A stretch of 64,000 nucleotides of DNA from Catajapyx aquilonaris (GCA_000934665.2 KZ538295.1:1-64000), one strand, 5' to 3'. Shown: positions 1 to 13,660, counted from the stretch's first letter. Numbers and translations: made by a program. Notes: a model not told the origin generated them from the letters alone.

Positions 1-1271
1 AAACAATTTCGTGTAAAACCCATTCAAATATTGAGTTAGGAAGGTCAGCATGACATGAGTCCTTGACCTATACCAAAATACTATGCATTATTTTTGGCTA
101 GGAGGCATGCGACTGCAATAATGTTCCAGACTTCCAGTGATATCAACACGCGAATGATATAAATAGGGCCTACCAATGCAAGTTATGCAACCAGCATAAG
201 ACACGAGGACGCTATTGGTAACCACTATCCAAAACAAAATTGTGCATAATTATGTCCAAAGATGTCTGCTGAATTCGGATATAACATACTTCAAGGGACA
301 GCCGTTACACCTGAAGGCTGTTATATCCGGAGTCAACTGTATAGTATAAAAGCGAGCTGACCTTGTGCATAGTTGTCCGGCACAATAGACTTCTGTTTTC
401 CTCCTGGTTTCCCTCCAATCCTGGCACTTACACCACACGGGAAGGCGCAAATGGCGAAGATGGCAACCACGAGGAAACTTGGACCCAACATGCTACTCCA
501 ACACGCGAACCTAGAGGACTGGGGCCCTCCCAGTTTTACACTACCACTCTTATTTCTTCTTTGGTATCCCCCCAACCCTGACAACCCCTGCGCTCCTTGA
601 TCCATTTAAAAGTTACTCTGCAAAAAAAATCTACCACCCACCCACATGTGCATGTTGTTCGGCCATTTCGGACCTCCAGTGTGGGGGCCTTCTGGCGCAA
701 CCTGGTGTAACGTCACCCGCCCTCCCAATTTCTGCCATCGCATACTGCCGGAGAGCCAATCCATCAAATCCGAAATGTTTGGCCATTATTGGCAAGTGTA
801 ATGGCCCCCCGGCTCCCGGATCACTTTGCCCTTGGACGACCAAAACTCCCATTTCGGCCCCCCAAACTTTTGTAGCACACCGACGCGACGCCTCGCACAA
901 AGGCCTTACAGAAACCGGCTTTAGAGCCACTTACACAAAGGAGACTTTTGAATAAAGCAAATTTTCCTGGAAAAAAAAAAAATATGCAGCCAAAGTTCCT
1001 CTGAGGTCATCGTGTGTGGGAAGGGTTTATTAGGAGGCTATGAGAAGACACAAAGGTGGGACAGATGGAGACAAATTGGGGCCAGTAGATGAAATTACCG
1101 CCGGCATAGCTCTTGGGGGTCATGGAGAACAAGGTGGAGAAACAGGGGGTGTGTAAAGGGTGTCAATAACTTTAAAAATCAAGGTATAGTGTCACAACTG
1201 CAACTTTAATTGTTCCTATGTTTTTGGTGGGAGGGCGACAACGAATCTGATTTGTCAAAACTTGGGGTCAA

Positions 1272-2022
1272 CTAATTCTGGGCATCCTCGTGGGTGATGG
1301 TAGTGACGATGACTGTCGGTTCTTTTCCCTTCTTGCTGACACATGGCAGCAGGGTGGCAAAGGCTCGGACAACGGCTCGTGACACGTTCTTCAGGGAGCT
1401 GTTGGGTCGCACGATCTCGGTGATGACCTCTGGAGCAGTAGTTAGGGTGGTCACTGGAGGTAGGATGACATCGTCGAGCAGCGGAATGTCCGTCATCTCC
1501 ACCTCCTGAGAGGTCATATCCGCATCTTTTGCAGCCTCCTGAACCGCTTCCAACTCCTTACGCCAGGGGCTGTCCACATATTCACAATAAGTAAAACAAA
1601 AACAAGCAATTAGAGACAATGGTAACTGACCAGATGTGCTTGATGGATGTGTGTGGAAAGTGCATGCGAAACCTGCTACGCTGATGCTCAGCTGCGTGTA
1701 TGGCTGTGTCCAGTATCTCGTCGACGTAGTAGCGAACCCACTCCTTGGTGTCGTTGTCGAGGTCAGGGGTGGTGACATTTTTCATGTCCGATTCCAGTTC
1801 GACCACAGTAGGTGCCTCTTCTTGTTTCAACATTGTCTCATCCTTGCTGGCGTCCTCTGGTATTGACACGTCGTCGCCTGCAGCGGCCGTTGTCTTGTCT
1901 GCGCAATAATATCATCAGCAATAAATAATACAGCCAATAATGAAATCTGCCTACTGACCTTTGGCCAAAGGTACGTTGCACACGATTGGTAGCGGGAAGT
2001 CCATGTCGTCTATGTGTATCAT
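1272..2022 (-). CDS. Orphan 3-exon protein-coding gene, acidic Thr/Pro-rich, function unknown
   Basis: Manual splice MIHIDDMDFPLPIVCNVPLAK / DKTTAAAGDDVSIPEDASKDE...AAEHQRS / PWRKELEAVQEAAKD...THEDAQN*. Two GT-AG introns join ORF-track pieces 1582..1869 and 1272..1778 in frame. Confidence 0.55.
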
Positions 2023-2756
2023 GCTCTCAAAAGATGTGTGGACTCGTCAGGATGGTGTGGGGGGTTGAAACTTAATGAGAATATAGTTTACCGCATCCAA
2101 AAAATGAACACGAGAACGATTTAGAAAAAGGTTTGTCTTTTTAACGGACGGTGGGCATTAATAATGACGTTGTTGAGTCCGAGGTTCCCATGGTTTTATG
2201 CAAATTTTCAAAAACAGTAGCGAGGGCAAAGTTTCGTGGATTGTTGCGGGTGCCACGGAAACAGAGCAATAAATAAAGACATAAATAAATATTTCATTGT
2301 ATATGTGAACCATGTATCCAATATGACATCTTCATGATTGTCGTATTTCAGCCAGTCTAATGGGGCAGTAGAGGGAATGGGATTGGGCGCATCTGTCAAC
2401 CGGATGGACTGTGGGAGACTCGTCGTCTGTCAAGGTTAGATAAAATGACAGGTTCTCTTCGTGTTATACTAATTGCTGGAGCGTTTCCGTGGACTTAAGT
2501 TCCGTAAGTTTGGCATGGTTCTCATTACTTTGGCTATTTTCCTATTTGCATTTCAAATATATTTACAAAATTGGTGAATATGGAATGTGAAGAATAGACA
2601 TGTCTGCCAACTTGTGAAGGAAACATTATTATTTATTTAACAATGAGAGAATGCAATGCATTGTATTACTTATCGATTCCGTTTGCTCGTGATCGCTGAA
2701 TTATTAACTGTAACTTATTAATGAAGGTGGAAATAGTTTGGGTTTTTTATGGGCTC

Positions 2757-4504
2757 CTATTCGCATATGCTGAAATAGCTCTCGGGAGGGAATTCGTAAG
2801 GTACAATCTTGTCGTGTATCACAATCCATGCAGCACCATTTTCTCCTTCCTGAACAATCTTCACGACTGATGCTCCTACCTCGTCGGGCCTGAAATTGGC
2901 AAAAGAAATTAGCAAATTCGGTACAAGTGCAATAGATTAATCATTAAGATAGCATACCCCATGTGTGATCAAAGCGCCATTAATTAAATGAAAAAAATGA
3001 AGGTTTCTTGCAACACAGATAGTATGCAAGTTACAACATGTAAACGCCGGGGGGTAATTATGAATAGGAGAAAACAATGGGCTTGAACAAATTATTACTA
3101 ATTACTAAGTTCTTATTACTGCTATACGCGGTATTGGTTAAGTCCTTCACATAAATCAGTATTTGGCATACCATGTAATTAAATAACATGGTATGCCTAA
3201 TACTAATTACCGCCTATGCGCAATGACTATGGAGCAATCCTTCCGTATGCAATAAATTTTATTGTATACGGAAAGATTGCTCTCACTGGAATCACATATC
3301 GATCAGTTGCATGCAGCAGAGTAGTGACGATATCTAATCTATAGTTCAGATAAGATGATTTGCTCAGACGATCCATACAGCGTAATTGATTTTGTGATTA
3401 AGAAATTATTACTCTCACGTCGTTACATACGCCAGTGAATGCATCAAAGGTCTCCATGTTCTATTATTTTTCACGTCAGACTCTTTTTAATATTCACTTT
3501 TAGAGAGTGACAATTTTTCTTTGTCACAGTTTACAAATCACAGGATATATACTTACATCATGATGCTATTCTTGCCCCGTTTAAATAACTCCATAATCTC
3601 GGGGTCCTCAACAGCCTCCTTTACCAAATTAGTACGAGCAAATCCTGGACAGATGCAAACAAACTTAACACCTGATTCGCCGCTAAACACAGGATCCTAT
3701 AAAAGTAAATTGCAGGAAAATAATGAATGAGAAATTTACACAAATTTGCAAACATTTCCAATGTTACGTACAGCACATGATCTAGAGAAGGCAATAACTC
3801 CGTGTTTTGCTGCACAATAAGCTTGAAGACCTGCGTAACAGTTGAGTCCGGCAACGGAGGCTGTGCTGACCACAACCCCTCCGTGACCACCTTTCTTCTT
3901 GTTCATATGATCGAATGCCAGGTAGGTCCCTCGGATCATGCCATTCTGTATATACCATATCAGAAAAATTGGTTATGAGCATTTTAGTGTCATTACCCGA
4001 AAAATGTCTCACCAGGTTAATTGCAATCATTTTCTCCCAATTGGCCTCGTCGAATATTCCTGCGTTGTTGTGCATCACGTCTATTCTGCCAAAACGATCT
4101 ACTGTGGCTTTGAAAGCGTCTGAAATCAATAGCATCGGTATAGAATGCCTATAATTATTATGTTGTAGAGGTGATCAAGTCTGTGACGTAATTACCGTCG
4201 AGTTGAGTGGTGGACACATCGGCGACGCAGAACATGACTTTGTCTTTTCCGTACTTCTCTGCAAATGCCTTTGCCTTTGCCTCCCCTTCAGATTGATTGT
4301 AATCACATATTGACACCTAGATTGTGTAAACAGGCCATAAATAAATCGTTAGACGGTGACACAGCCGCAAACACAATGTTAATTAGAAATGAGTGTCTGA
4401 ATACTGACTTTGCATCCTTTCTGAAGAAAAGCGTCGGCAGTGGCTTCCCCAATTCCGGATGCACCACCAGTGATGAAAACCACTTTTCCGGAAAGAGCGC
4501 TCAT
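2757..4504 (-). CDS. Short-chain dehydrogenase/reductase, 15-hydroxyprostaglandin dehydrogenase / insect ADH-like (copy 1, 6 exons)
   Basis: Spliced protein MSALSGKVVFITGGASGIG (TGxxxGxG NAD-binding motif), NNAGI, NWEKMIAINL, GGHGGVVVSTAS, catalytic YCAAK, ICPGFART, ending YEFPPESYFSICE*. All introns GT-AG. Confidence 0.92.
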
Positions 4505-5631
4505 GATTTCTCAGCTTCAGTTCTCTTGGATCCCACAACCTCATCAGAATGAGGAAATGCCAAGCGTGGAACATGATCATATATACAATGTCTATCACAG
4601 CGTTGGAAATAACAGCAGTAGAAATTTTAAAGGGACGTATATTATTGAGTAAATGGAACAACGGGGAGTTGATATTCATGCACCTGCTTTTTTTTATACT
4701 TTATGTGATTTAAGAATCACTGACGCTACAAGTGAATCGCGATTTTAAAATATTCCTGATTTTTAACGCGACGTTATTTTGGCTCCATCGCTAATTCATA
4801 TACCGTATAACTTACGTCCTTTTTGCAACATTAGTCCAAGTAAAAGCTGAAATATTATTCACATGCGCAGCAGGGTGGCCAACGGAAACCAGGGCCTTCA
4901 ACTATACTTTTTTTTTAGCGGAAAAACTTCGTGCAATTCGAATCGATTATGTCAATTATGGCCTGTAGTCATTGATGAGATGCACATTTTCTTCTTTGTG
5001 TCCTTCATACGTGACTGCCAGGCCCTCAGGGAGCTATAGAGACCGTGAAGCGCCTTAGCGCGTGTATACTATACGTGTACTACAGTACATGAGTATACGG
5101 AGCGTAGACGTTTACTCGTATAGGCTATTAGAGGAACCACCCGGCTTTTTGTTTGGCTGGAACACTTCCTTCAAAATCCGTGTATTGAATCAGCACAGCT
5201 TGCGTAATCCCATGATGAGGTAACCAGACTGCACCAGCCATCTCACATGACCAGTAACAATGAATCCTATGGTGACGGGTCAGGCCGCGCAGAGGATGAT
5301 GAAATCGATGATATGAATACATGCGTACAATAAAATAATGACATAATGTAAATACATAAACTTATAGCCTACATAAAAACAACGTAATCAAAAAATGTAA
5401 GCAACTGATGTGGATGAAACATTTGGAAACAATCATAGGGTGCATGGTAATTAAACTTCTCATGTTATTTTTATTATTGCAGTGGCTGTTAGTGCGTGGC
5501 AGATGCAAGTACACTGTACGACTATACAGGAGTATACACTCAGAAATCAAGATGACAAAATCAAAGTTGTATGACTTGATCCGCAGCTGACTTCTCCACA
5601 GGGTGATGCTGCAGGGTAGGCCTATATACTC

Positions 5632-6986
5632 TTACTCGCACATGCTGAAGTAGCATTCAGGAGGGAATTGGTAAGGCACAATCTTGTTATGGACCACAAT
5701 CCAAGCAGCACCATTTTCACCTTCCTGCACAATTTTGACGACAGCTGCTGCAACCTCGCTAGGCCTGAAATTGGCAGAAAATTAGCAAAGGTCCAAAATG
5801 CAGTGCTACATAGAAAAAGACAAACTCTATACAGTCATATTGAATGCCTTAACGTAGCGTGATATAAGCAAAAATATTAATATTGCTGGTTAATTTGTAC
5901 TGTATGTTGCTTGCAGCAGAAAAATATGCAAGTGTCACCATGTCAGTTGAATATAGGTATTTCATGTCGAACTGTAAGCCATATATACTTACATCATTGC
6001 GGTTTCTGCGGTCACGGAGCGTCCGATGAAATTCTTAATGTTATCATCGTCGACAGGTTTATTTGCCATATTAGTTTGCACCAGTCCTGGACAGACGCAA
6101 ACAAATTTTACTCCAGACTCGGCGCTAAACTCTGGTTCCTAAAAGTATGCACAGAAAAAATGAAAGTGGTCATTCGACTACCTATACTGTCAAATGTGCC
6201 CAATTTTTTTTGTGCGTATCCAAAACAGAAATGTACAAAATTTGCGAACATTTTCAAGTGACGTACCGCACATGATCTAGAGAAGGCAATCACTCCGTGC
6301 TTCGATGCACAGTAAGCTTGAAAACCTGCGTAGCAACTCAGTCCGCACACAGATGCTGTGCTGACCACAACTCCTCCGTGACCACCTTTCTTCTTGTTCA
6401 TGTGATCGAATGCCAGGTAGGTCCCTCGGATCACGCCATTCTGTATGGTGCACATTAGAGATGATTGTGTTATGAACATGATAATGGACACGCCTGAAAA
6501 ATATCCTACCAGGTTAATTGCAATCATTTTCTCCCAATTGGCCTCGTCGAATATTCCTGCGTTGTTGTAAATCACATCTATTCTGCCAAAACGGTCTACT
6601 GTGGTTTTGAAAGCATCTAAAATCAATAGGATAGGAAGTGAGTATATAGATTGATACGTGAGAGATATCAATGTGACGTAATACCGTCGAGTTGAGTGGT
6701 GGACACATCGGCGACGCAGAACATGACTTTGTCTTTTCCGTACTTCTCTGCAAATTCCTTTGCTTTTGCCTCCCCTGCAGCTTTGTCGTAGTCGCATATT
6801 GACACCTATACATTGTGTAAAGACACCTCAGCAGGAATGAATGGTTATGAAGATCTGACAAATTGAAAATTATTATATTTTGCAACCTACTTTGCATCCT
6901 TTCTGAAGAAAAGCGTCGGCTGTGGCTTCACCAATTCCAGCTGCACCACCAGTGATGAAAATCACTTTTCCCGAAAGAGCGCTCAT
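5632..6986 (-). CDS. Short-chain dehydrogenase/reductase, 15-PGDH/ADH-like (copy 2, tandem paralogue, 6 exons)
   Basis: Same exon layout as copy 1: TGGAAGIG, NNAGI, YCASK, ending YFSMCE*. Confidence 0.92.
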
Positions 6987-7490
6987 GATTGCTTCAGTTC
7001 TCTTCGACTCACAATCGCAGAATCAGGAATTATCAAGATTTGCACGTGATCATATACCTGCATGTCACAGAGTCGGAAATAACAGATTGGGAAGTGTATC
7101 TGACATGTACGGTAATTGAACTAAATTAAATGTAAATTGCTATTTTACAATCTGTTGTCTGTAGTCAAGCTGGAAAAAAATGCAATAGGCCGCAATAAAA
7201 GACTTTTAAAACACTTTTTTTTTCTCTCCCGGTTCACTTTATTAAGTGAGTCGCTATCGCAATGCAGGAAAACATAATGTGTGCAGCAGAAGAAGCATTT
7301 ACGACTAATGTGACTTGAACCATGAAACAGCGTGTACACAATGATGTTACAGAATAACGTGCGTCGCACAAAGTATTGACACCCATAGTTTTGATGATGG
7401 TAATATATTGGTTATCACGTAAATGATCTGGTGAATGATCTGCATTTTCACTCATATATTTGATTAGATCATCGTGAATGCGATCAAGAT

Positions 7491-8424
7491 TCAGTTTTTG
7501 TCGCTCTCGTCACCATCACTGTCATCACTGTCGCTGTCGTCATCTTCTTCATATTCAGTTTCCAATGTGAAGCACTGCAGCAGCGGAAGGTAGCCTTTGC
7601 AACGTTCCAAGCCAGGTTTTACTTCTGATTCTGAAATTATGTCATGTTTGCATCAGCCTATAGATATCACTGACTGTGAATATTTTAAATACTTTTCAAC
7701 AATGTAATGATATTGCACAATTTATGTGATTTTGACACCTTTGAAGATCACATAGCAGAACCTAATTAAAGTGGTTTAGAGGCCATTATGAGTCCATATT
7801 TACATTACAGCACAAGTTAAATCATATACTTTTGTAAAATAAAGTATAAAATAAGTTGTTCATTACCGTGCTCCTTGATACAGTTAAAAGTGATCTTCTC
7901 GTCTTCAGGATAATCTTTACATTGTTGCGTATTCTTTTCTAATTTTTCCATGTCAGGTTTACCATCCTCCTTCATCTGAATAGAAAGCATGTTCATCTCA
8001 ATATTTAATTTTAGGATTATACTGCAGGAATAATCACCAATAATAAACATACCAAACCTGTAGCAACTAAGCTGCATGACACGGCGCACTGAGAAAAAGT
8101 TCGGTATATTAAGTCACATATTAATATAACAAATTATTCGTATAGTTACATAAATTAATTATATTGCTCTTGCTTACTATTACTTATTTACATATTCACA
8201 TACTAATTAATTTAAGGCAGAACTCACGCCATAGTCTTCCTCATTTGGATATCTGTCGAAACACTCCTCGAGGATCGGTTCTGTCGAGTTGTCCGATAAG
8301 CACTGAATATGAACATATTGATAAATTTCCCCATGAATTAATCGACATCACATTGATCCCTTACCAGACCGTGAGCATGTTGCCAAAAAATCACGACACA
8401 GATTATGGAGAGGTATGCCTTCAT
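7491..8424 (-). CDS. OBP1: OBP-like, 8 Cys, acidic C-terminal tail
   Basis: Exons MKAYLSIICVVIFWQHAHGL / CLSDNSTEPILEECFDRYPNEEDYG / CAVSCSLVATGL / MKEDGKPDMEKLEKNTQQCKDYPEDEKITFNCIKEH / ESEVKPGLERCKGYLPLLQCFTLETEYEEDDDSDSDDSDGDESDKN*. Signal peptide plus C-x3-C and C-x8-C OBP spacing. Confidence 0.85.
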
Positions 8425-9587
8425 ATCTGGGCACATTCGCGGAAGGTACTAAATGGTAGAGCAAGTGGAGCTCATTTTAATGAAGGAAGTACATGACGTG
8501 CGTGACGCAATGACCGACGCGACGTACCTCGCTCATGTTCGCCGGTAACGTGACAAGTTTGTAACCTTATCCTGTCCATTGAAATTGGTCTGAGTGCCTA
8601 ACAAGAGCTCTTTTTCTGGTGAATGTATGTTATTGCTGGGGGGAAATTCCGGGATTGCAAAAAAGTTGTGCTTTGAAAAATTGTAACTACCTCAAGGCTG
8701 GGGGAAAAGGTCGCACGAAAGTTCGTTTTTCACTTGAAGATAATAATAATAATTTTTAAGCCGGGTCCGGGTTTTCGTGAAGCATAATTATTGCTTCCAT
8801 CCCTGTCTGCTATTTCATGAAAAAGTGAGGTTTCAGCATGTTACAATGCGTGCAATGCCATTTTAAGTAGATAAATAAATAAAAATTACACGGAACTGAA
8901 AATGGCCTCTAAAATTTTTGTTGTAGGTAGCTAGTGAATGTTGTAACATGTTGCATTGTTGTAGTATCGCAAACTGTCATATCAGGGATTGGTACGTAAA
9001 AGTACTTACAAACCTTGAGTCCTTTTGTTTCACCAGTATCTATGTAGAGCATCGCATTATTGTTACAGTCTGCTGAGCCTATTTATCTATTGTTTTGGGT
9101 GAGGCAAGTATTACACTATTATTTTGAATACCTGCACCAAAATGACGTGCATGTTCGTGCAGACCCACCCAATCTGCCAACACTTTTGACTCTAGCCCTC
9201 ATGTTGTGAGAGTCGTTATGACTTGGAATGATGATATCACGATTAATAATTTATTATAGTAACAGAGTTTGAAATAATGCTTATTGTGTATTTTTATGTA
9301 CAGTAGTACAAGGCACACACCTGGTGCAGAGGATAACTTTGGAGAAAGAGTAGTTAAGAGGAGTGAGTTTTGCTTATACCAGTTTACGCTATGAGAAGAA
9401 TTTCGTTTAACCCAGATTCGCCATTGGCAGATTCTATTGCATATTGTTAAAAATACAAGTAAAAACATGAATGAAGCAGCCGGTTTATTAAGATGGAGAA
9501 ATAAGTTGTGCTTGTGTGATTAGAGATACTCATATATTATTGATGCTTAATCAAACAACTCATTGACTCATGCCTTTAGCAGCCATA

Positions 9588-10527
9588 TTATTTGTCATCA
9601 ATCATTTCCATAACGCAATCCATCATAGGGTTGTACGCAGAACAGTGTTTATCGGTATCTTTAGGTACCACTTGATCTTCTGGAAAAGTAATCAATATTA
9701 TTGCTAGCACAGAGAAAAGCCTCAGTATATTTGACACTAGATGAAGTGTATATTAAATTGGTTCACCTATTTTCCTGAAACAAGCCATTAATGCCCTATG
9801 CTGCACCGTATCTTCTTCGCAGTGTATCATTATTCCCTCCATCCTGTTCACGTCAGGTCCTCCGTTCGGTAGCAACTGTGAAGGGGGTATACATAATAAA
9901 TTGTTAAAATTTATCGTCATAAGGCATTACAGGTATTACTTATTTGGAAATTTCACGGATACATACACAATCGGTTTCTTCCAGGATGCATCTTATAACG
10001 CACTGTAAAATGCGGAGAAAAATTACACAATGCTACTCCTTTAAAATGTGGCATTAAAAGTTCTTTCTCTTGTAAGCAATGTGATCCACGTGTATGGATT
10101 GCTTAATAATTATTGAGCACACCTTTATACAATACTTTGTCCATACATAAGTTTATGACAGGAGGTGGGTCATCAAATGTGGATGTTCACTCCGTTGTTG
10201 ACTACTATACTCACAAGACGTATAGTACGAATCGTAGTTTTTCACCAAACCGCGCTTTGTTGAAAAAGGAAGTAACCCAACATAATTTGGGACACTTACC
10301 GGAGCATCACGAGGGTCCGTCAGATCCCTTGTGCACCTGTCAATCATTGCTTTCTGCTCTTCTTCACTGTGGCATTTGAAGTCCTGTACAAGCATTGAAA
10401 AAGGAAACACACAGAATAAATCGGGCAATATCTGAGTATATAGGCTTACCTGTGGAGAGGATCTGCCTTGAACGTGACAGGTGAGAAGTGCGAGCCCAAA
10501 AAGCAGGCAGAGGCAAAGATGAGCCAT
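9588..10527 (-). CDS. OBP2: OBP-like, clade A, 9 Cys
   Basis: MAHLCLCLLFGLALLTCHVQGRSSPQ / DFKCHSEEEQKAMIDRCTRDLTDPRDAP / CVIRCILEETDC / LLPNGGPDVNRMEGIMIHCEEDTVQHRALMACFRKI / EDQVVPKDTDKHCSAYNPMMDCVMEMIDDK*. Confidence 0.85.
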
Positions 10528-10912
10528 GTCTGATGGTATCTGACAAACTAAAGCTACTTGTGCCAAGGGAAAATATTGTCTCCGGATTAAGCCAAACGTG
10601 TACCGGTACGCATAGGTAACTTTTTCGCAATCTATACGTGCATTCTTCTGACATCCGTCAGTTTGGCATAAAACAAGCAAATGTGTATACGTGTGAAGCT
10701 GGCGTCCTGTGGTCACATGGACCTCTTTTAAAAGTGAAGGCCATGATATGGATCATACAAACATGACTCGCCCGCAGAATCGTGCAGTTCATTAGCGGAT
10801 ACGGAAGTTACATGAAATTATCCTGACGAATATTGTCACCTTGGTTACCTTCAAGTGTCAAAAATGCAGATGTTCTAATAATATATGTGAAAGATATTAC
10901 AGAATGTATGAT

Positions 10913-11154
10913 ACTTTATAATTGATATTAAGGATGTTGGCCCAGCATTGCCTTTCAACCTCCAAGGATATAGGGAAGGAAGGAAGCGGCTGTGGTCTAT
11001 TATACGGAAGCGACCCCGGAATTATCCTACTGTAGAAAGACCGGAGAAAACCACAGAAAACCACGGTCAGGGTTGCAGGCCCCGGGGTTAGAACCCAGGA
11101 CCTCCCGATTAGCAGTAGTCGGACGCCTTATCCACCATGCCAACCTGCTTCGGT
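10913..11154 (-). mobile_element. tRNA-derived SINE
   Basis: Minus-strand Pol III A box TGGCATGGTGG and B box GGTTCTAACC. 12-bp target-site duplication agaatgtatgat at 10901-10912 and 11155-11166. Central block shared with the element at 48849. Confidence 0.8.
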
Positions 11155-11630
11155 AGAATGTATGATGCAGTATTCAACGTGTAAATCCCTATCAGTGTTT
11201 GGTAAGATGTGTGTTGCTTATTGCTGGGATAATCATCATTATGCATTATGATTTGGAAACTATTCCGACTCATATGCAGTGGGTAGCAGCAATACAGTCA
11301 GTTAATGGCAAACTCATACCTGTGAAAAGACCTACTGTACGTGTATACCCATCCAAAAATGTTCACTTTTGACTTTAGCCATTATGTTTGTGACAGTGCT
11401 TATAACTTAACTGGCACTGGTAACATTATGATTTACATTTTTGTAGCAGAGATTGCTCAGAATATTCAGAGAAAATTCATATATGACAATCATCTTAAAG
11501 CCAAATTTGTGACATTTCCCAGGGAGTGCAATAGTTGCGCAATATAAGCATTATTATCGGATAAACTGAGCTGCCTTGCACTAATTGTCTCACCCTTCAC
11601 TATCACATAGAGTAGTTAATGAAGTATCTA

Positions 11631-11948
11631 TTTTTTATTTATTTTCATTGCCCCATTGGGATTTACCATATCCTTTACCACCATCGGATATTGGAGCCGT
11701 ATAATAAGATCTTAATTAATTACTCCAGGGTAGGTAGGAGGGGATGTGCAAAGTGCAAGTGCAATGTCTCTAATCGTCATTTTGTGAGCTCCCCCGGGTG
11801 GCTTAGTCTGTCGGAAATTGCCACCCGAAATGAAGCCAGAGATGGTCCAACTCTGCGCGGATAAAAGTGGGAACCCCGGGTGGGGATCGAACCCGGGACC
11901 TTAATATCCGTGGGCGCGTGCGTTACTGCAGCGCCACTTCACCTCCCC
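11631..11948 (-). mobile_element. tRNA-derived SINE
   Basis: Head ggggaggtg... with B box GGTTCGATCC and an A-rich tail. 18-bp TSD tagttaat(g/c)aagtatcta at 11613-11630 and 11949-11966. Confidence 0.8.
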
Positions 11949-12072
11949 TAGTTAATCAAGTATCTAACTAGTATAAACAGTTTATTTAGAAATAAAATCA
12001 AGTTGCACTTACACAATGAGAGATGATACTGATTAGTTAGGTCCTTTGTATAGTTTAATTATTCAGATTTTA

Positions 12073-12954
12073 TCAGATTTTATCAGATTTCATAATGCAA
12101 TCCAACACACGGCTGTAAGCTTCACAGTATTTATCAGTACCTTTCGGTACCACTTGATTATCTGGAAAAGATATCATAATTGTTAGAAGATCCCAGGATG
12201 CCTCAATATTGAAAGTCTGTGTAGTATATTTTATGTTAAAATCATTGTTTCGCATACTAGGTATTTTCTTGAAACAAGCCATTAATGCCCTGCGATCCTG
12301 CTTCGTGTACTCTATGCACTTTGCGTGGAAAGCCATCACTCGGTTCATGTCTGGTCCTCCGTTTGGTAGAACCTGTGTAAGGGTATATTTTCCATTTTAA
12401 GTTTTAAAATATATCCTCATTGGCTATTACAGTATATTAGTCACAGAGTATAAAAGATATTCCACTGATACGTACACATCCATATTGTTGCATCAGGCAC
12501 TTTATGTAGCACTGTAAAATGCAGAGGAATGAAAAATTACACAATGCTAGTTTTTTTTTACATTATTGACTTGTGTTCTTAAAAGTAGCCCACATTATTT
12601 TCTTGTGTGGAATATGATATACTGTCATCATTTATGGATTCTTACTCCGTGGTGGAATAGTTTTTCCACCACACTAAATCTGCCTTTGTCGAGGAACCAA
12701 ATGAACATTATTGTCAGACTTACAGGAGCGTCACGCTGGTCGCCCGATCCTTCGTCTATGCATTTTAGGACCATTGTTCTCCTCTCTCCTGGACTCGGGC
12801 ATTTCAATTTCTGTGTAATTTTTGAAAAAGGAAACACAATAATTGTTATTTTCAAGGGATATCTGAGTAGACTTACCTGTGGGGAATTTCCACAATGAAC
12901 GTGACAGATGAGAAGTGTGTGTCCAAAAATTAGACAGAGGGAAAGGTTCTTCAT
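12073..12954 (-). CDS. OBP3: OBP-like, clade A, 9 Cys
   Basis: MKNLSLCLIFGHTLLICHVHCGNSPQ / KLKCPSPGERRTMVLKCIDEGSGDQRDAP / CYIKCLMQQYGC / VLPNGGPDMNRVMAFHAKCIEYTKQDRRALMACFKKIP / NNQVVPKGTDKYCEAYSRVLDCIMKSDKI*. Confidence 0.85.
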
Positions 12955-13317
12955 GTCTGTTGGTATCCGTCAAACTACAGATACTTCGTGCCAAGGGAAA
13001 GTGCAACCTTCGACTAAATTGTGTACGTAAACAATCTGCTGTGTACTCTGCTGAGATCCGTGCCAGGTTCGACACGAAACAACCTAATGCTGGATATTCG
13101 TGTGACTCTATTGCTGTGTCTTTCAAGTGAAGGACATGGTGTGGATCACACAGACTCGTCCACACAATCGTGCAATACATTGGGACGGGACACGGAAGGT
13201 TATGAAACCTGACGAATATATTGTCAATTTAGTCACATTCAGGGCTTCGTAACAGGAGTAGTTATTTAATCAGGGGCCAGAAATGCAGGTTGTTGTAATA
13301 ATATAATATTACCCAAG

Positions 13318-13660
13318 GGGGAGGTGTAGATGGCCGAGATGGTAACGGCGTCTCGGCTTGCAGAGTGAAAGGCCCCAGGTTCAATCCCCGCCTGGGGAAC
13401 TTTCCTTTCACCTGCGTCAGGAGGGTCTCTGACCTGCACCAAGGAGGTGTCTGGCAACCTAACCTCCTGGGGAACAGCACATGACCCCTTTACCGACATT
13501 GCACTTGCACGCATGTTCCCTCCCCAAAAATCCCTATCCTTACCCCATGTCCTTTCATCCTTGCACCGGAGTTAGAAGAAAAAGCAGAAAATGGAAGGAA
13601 AATTGGTGGTATTTCACCCCCCCCCCCTATGGCCCTATCACGGGGTAACGTAAAAAAATG
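13318..13660 (+). mobile_element. tRNA-derived SINE
   Basis: A box TGGCCGAGATGG, B box GGTTCAATCC, short A tail. TSD acccaag at 13311-13317 and 13661-13667. Absent from the paralogous flank near 15440. Confidence 0.8.

Noticed and set aside
250..930. Short overlapping ORFs at the window start
   Set aside because: No recognisable motif or consistent splice model; may belong to a feature extending beyond the window.
5128..5322. 64-aa His-rich ORF between the SDRs
   Set aside because: No recognisable similarity in the frames examined and no supporting gene structure.
6108..6797. 229-aa ORF as a stand-alone gene
   Set aside because: Read-through of SDR copy 2 exons and stop-free introns.
8641..8650. 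NF-kB-like GGGAAATTCC upstream of OBP1
   Set aside because: Single occurrence, not seen upstream of paralogue OBP6; could be chance.
10913..13400. tRNA genes
   Set aside because: A/B boxes are followed by long bodies, tails and TSDs, so these are SINE heads rather than tRNAs.
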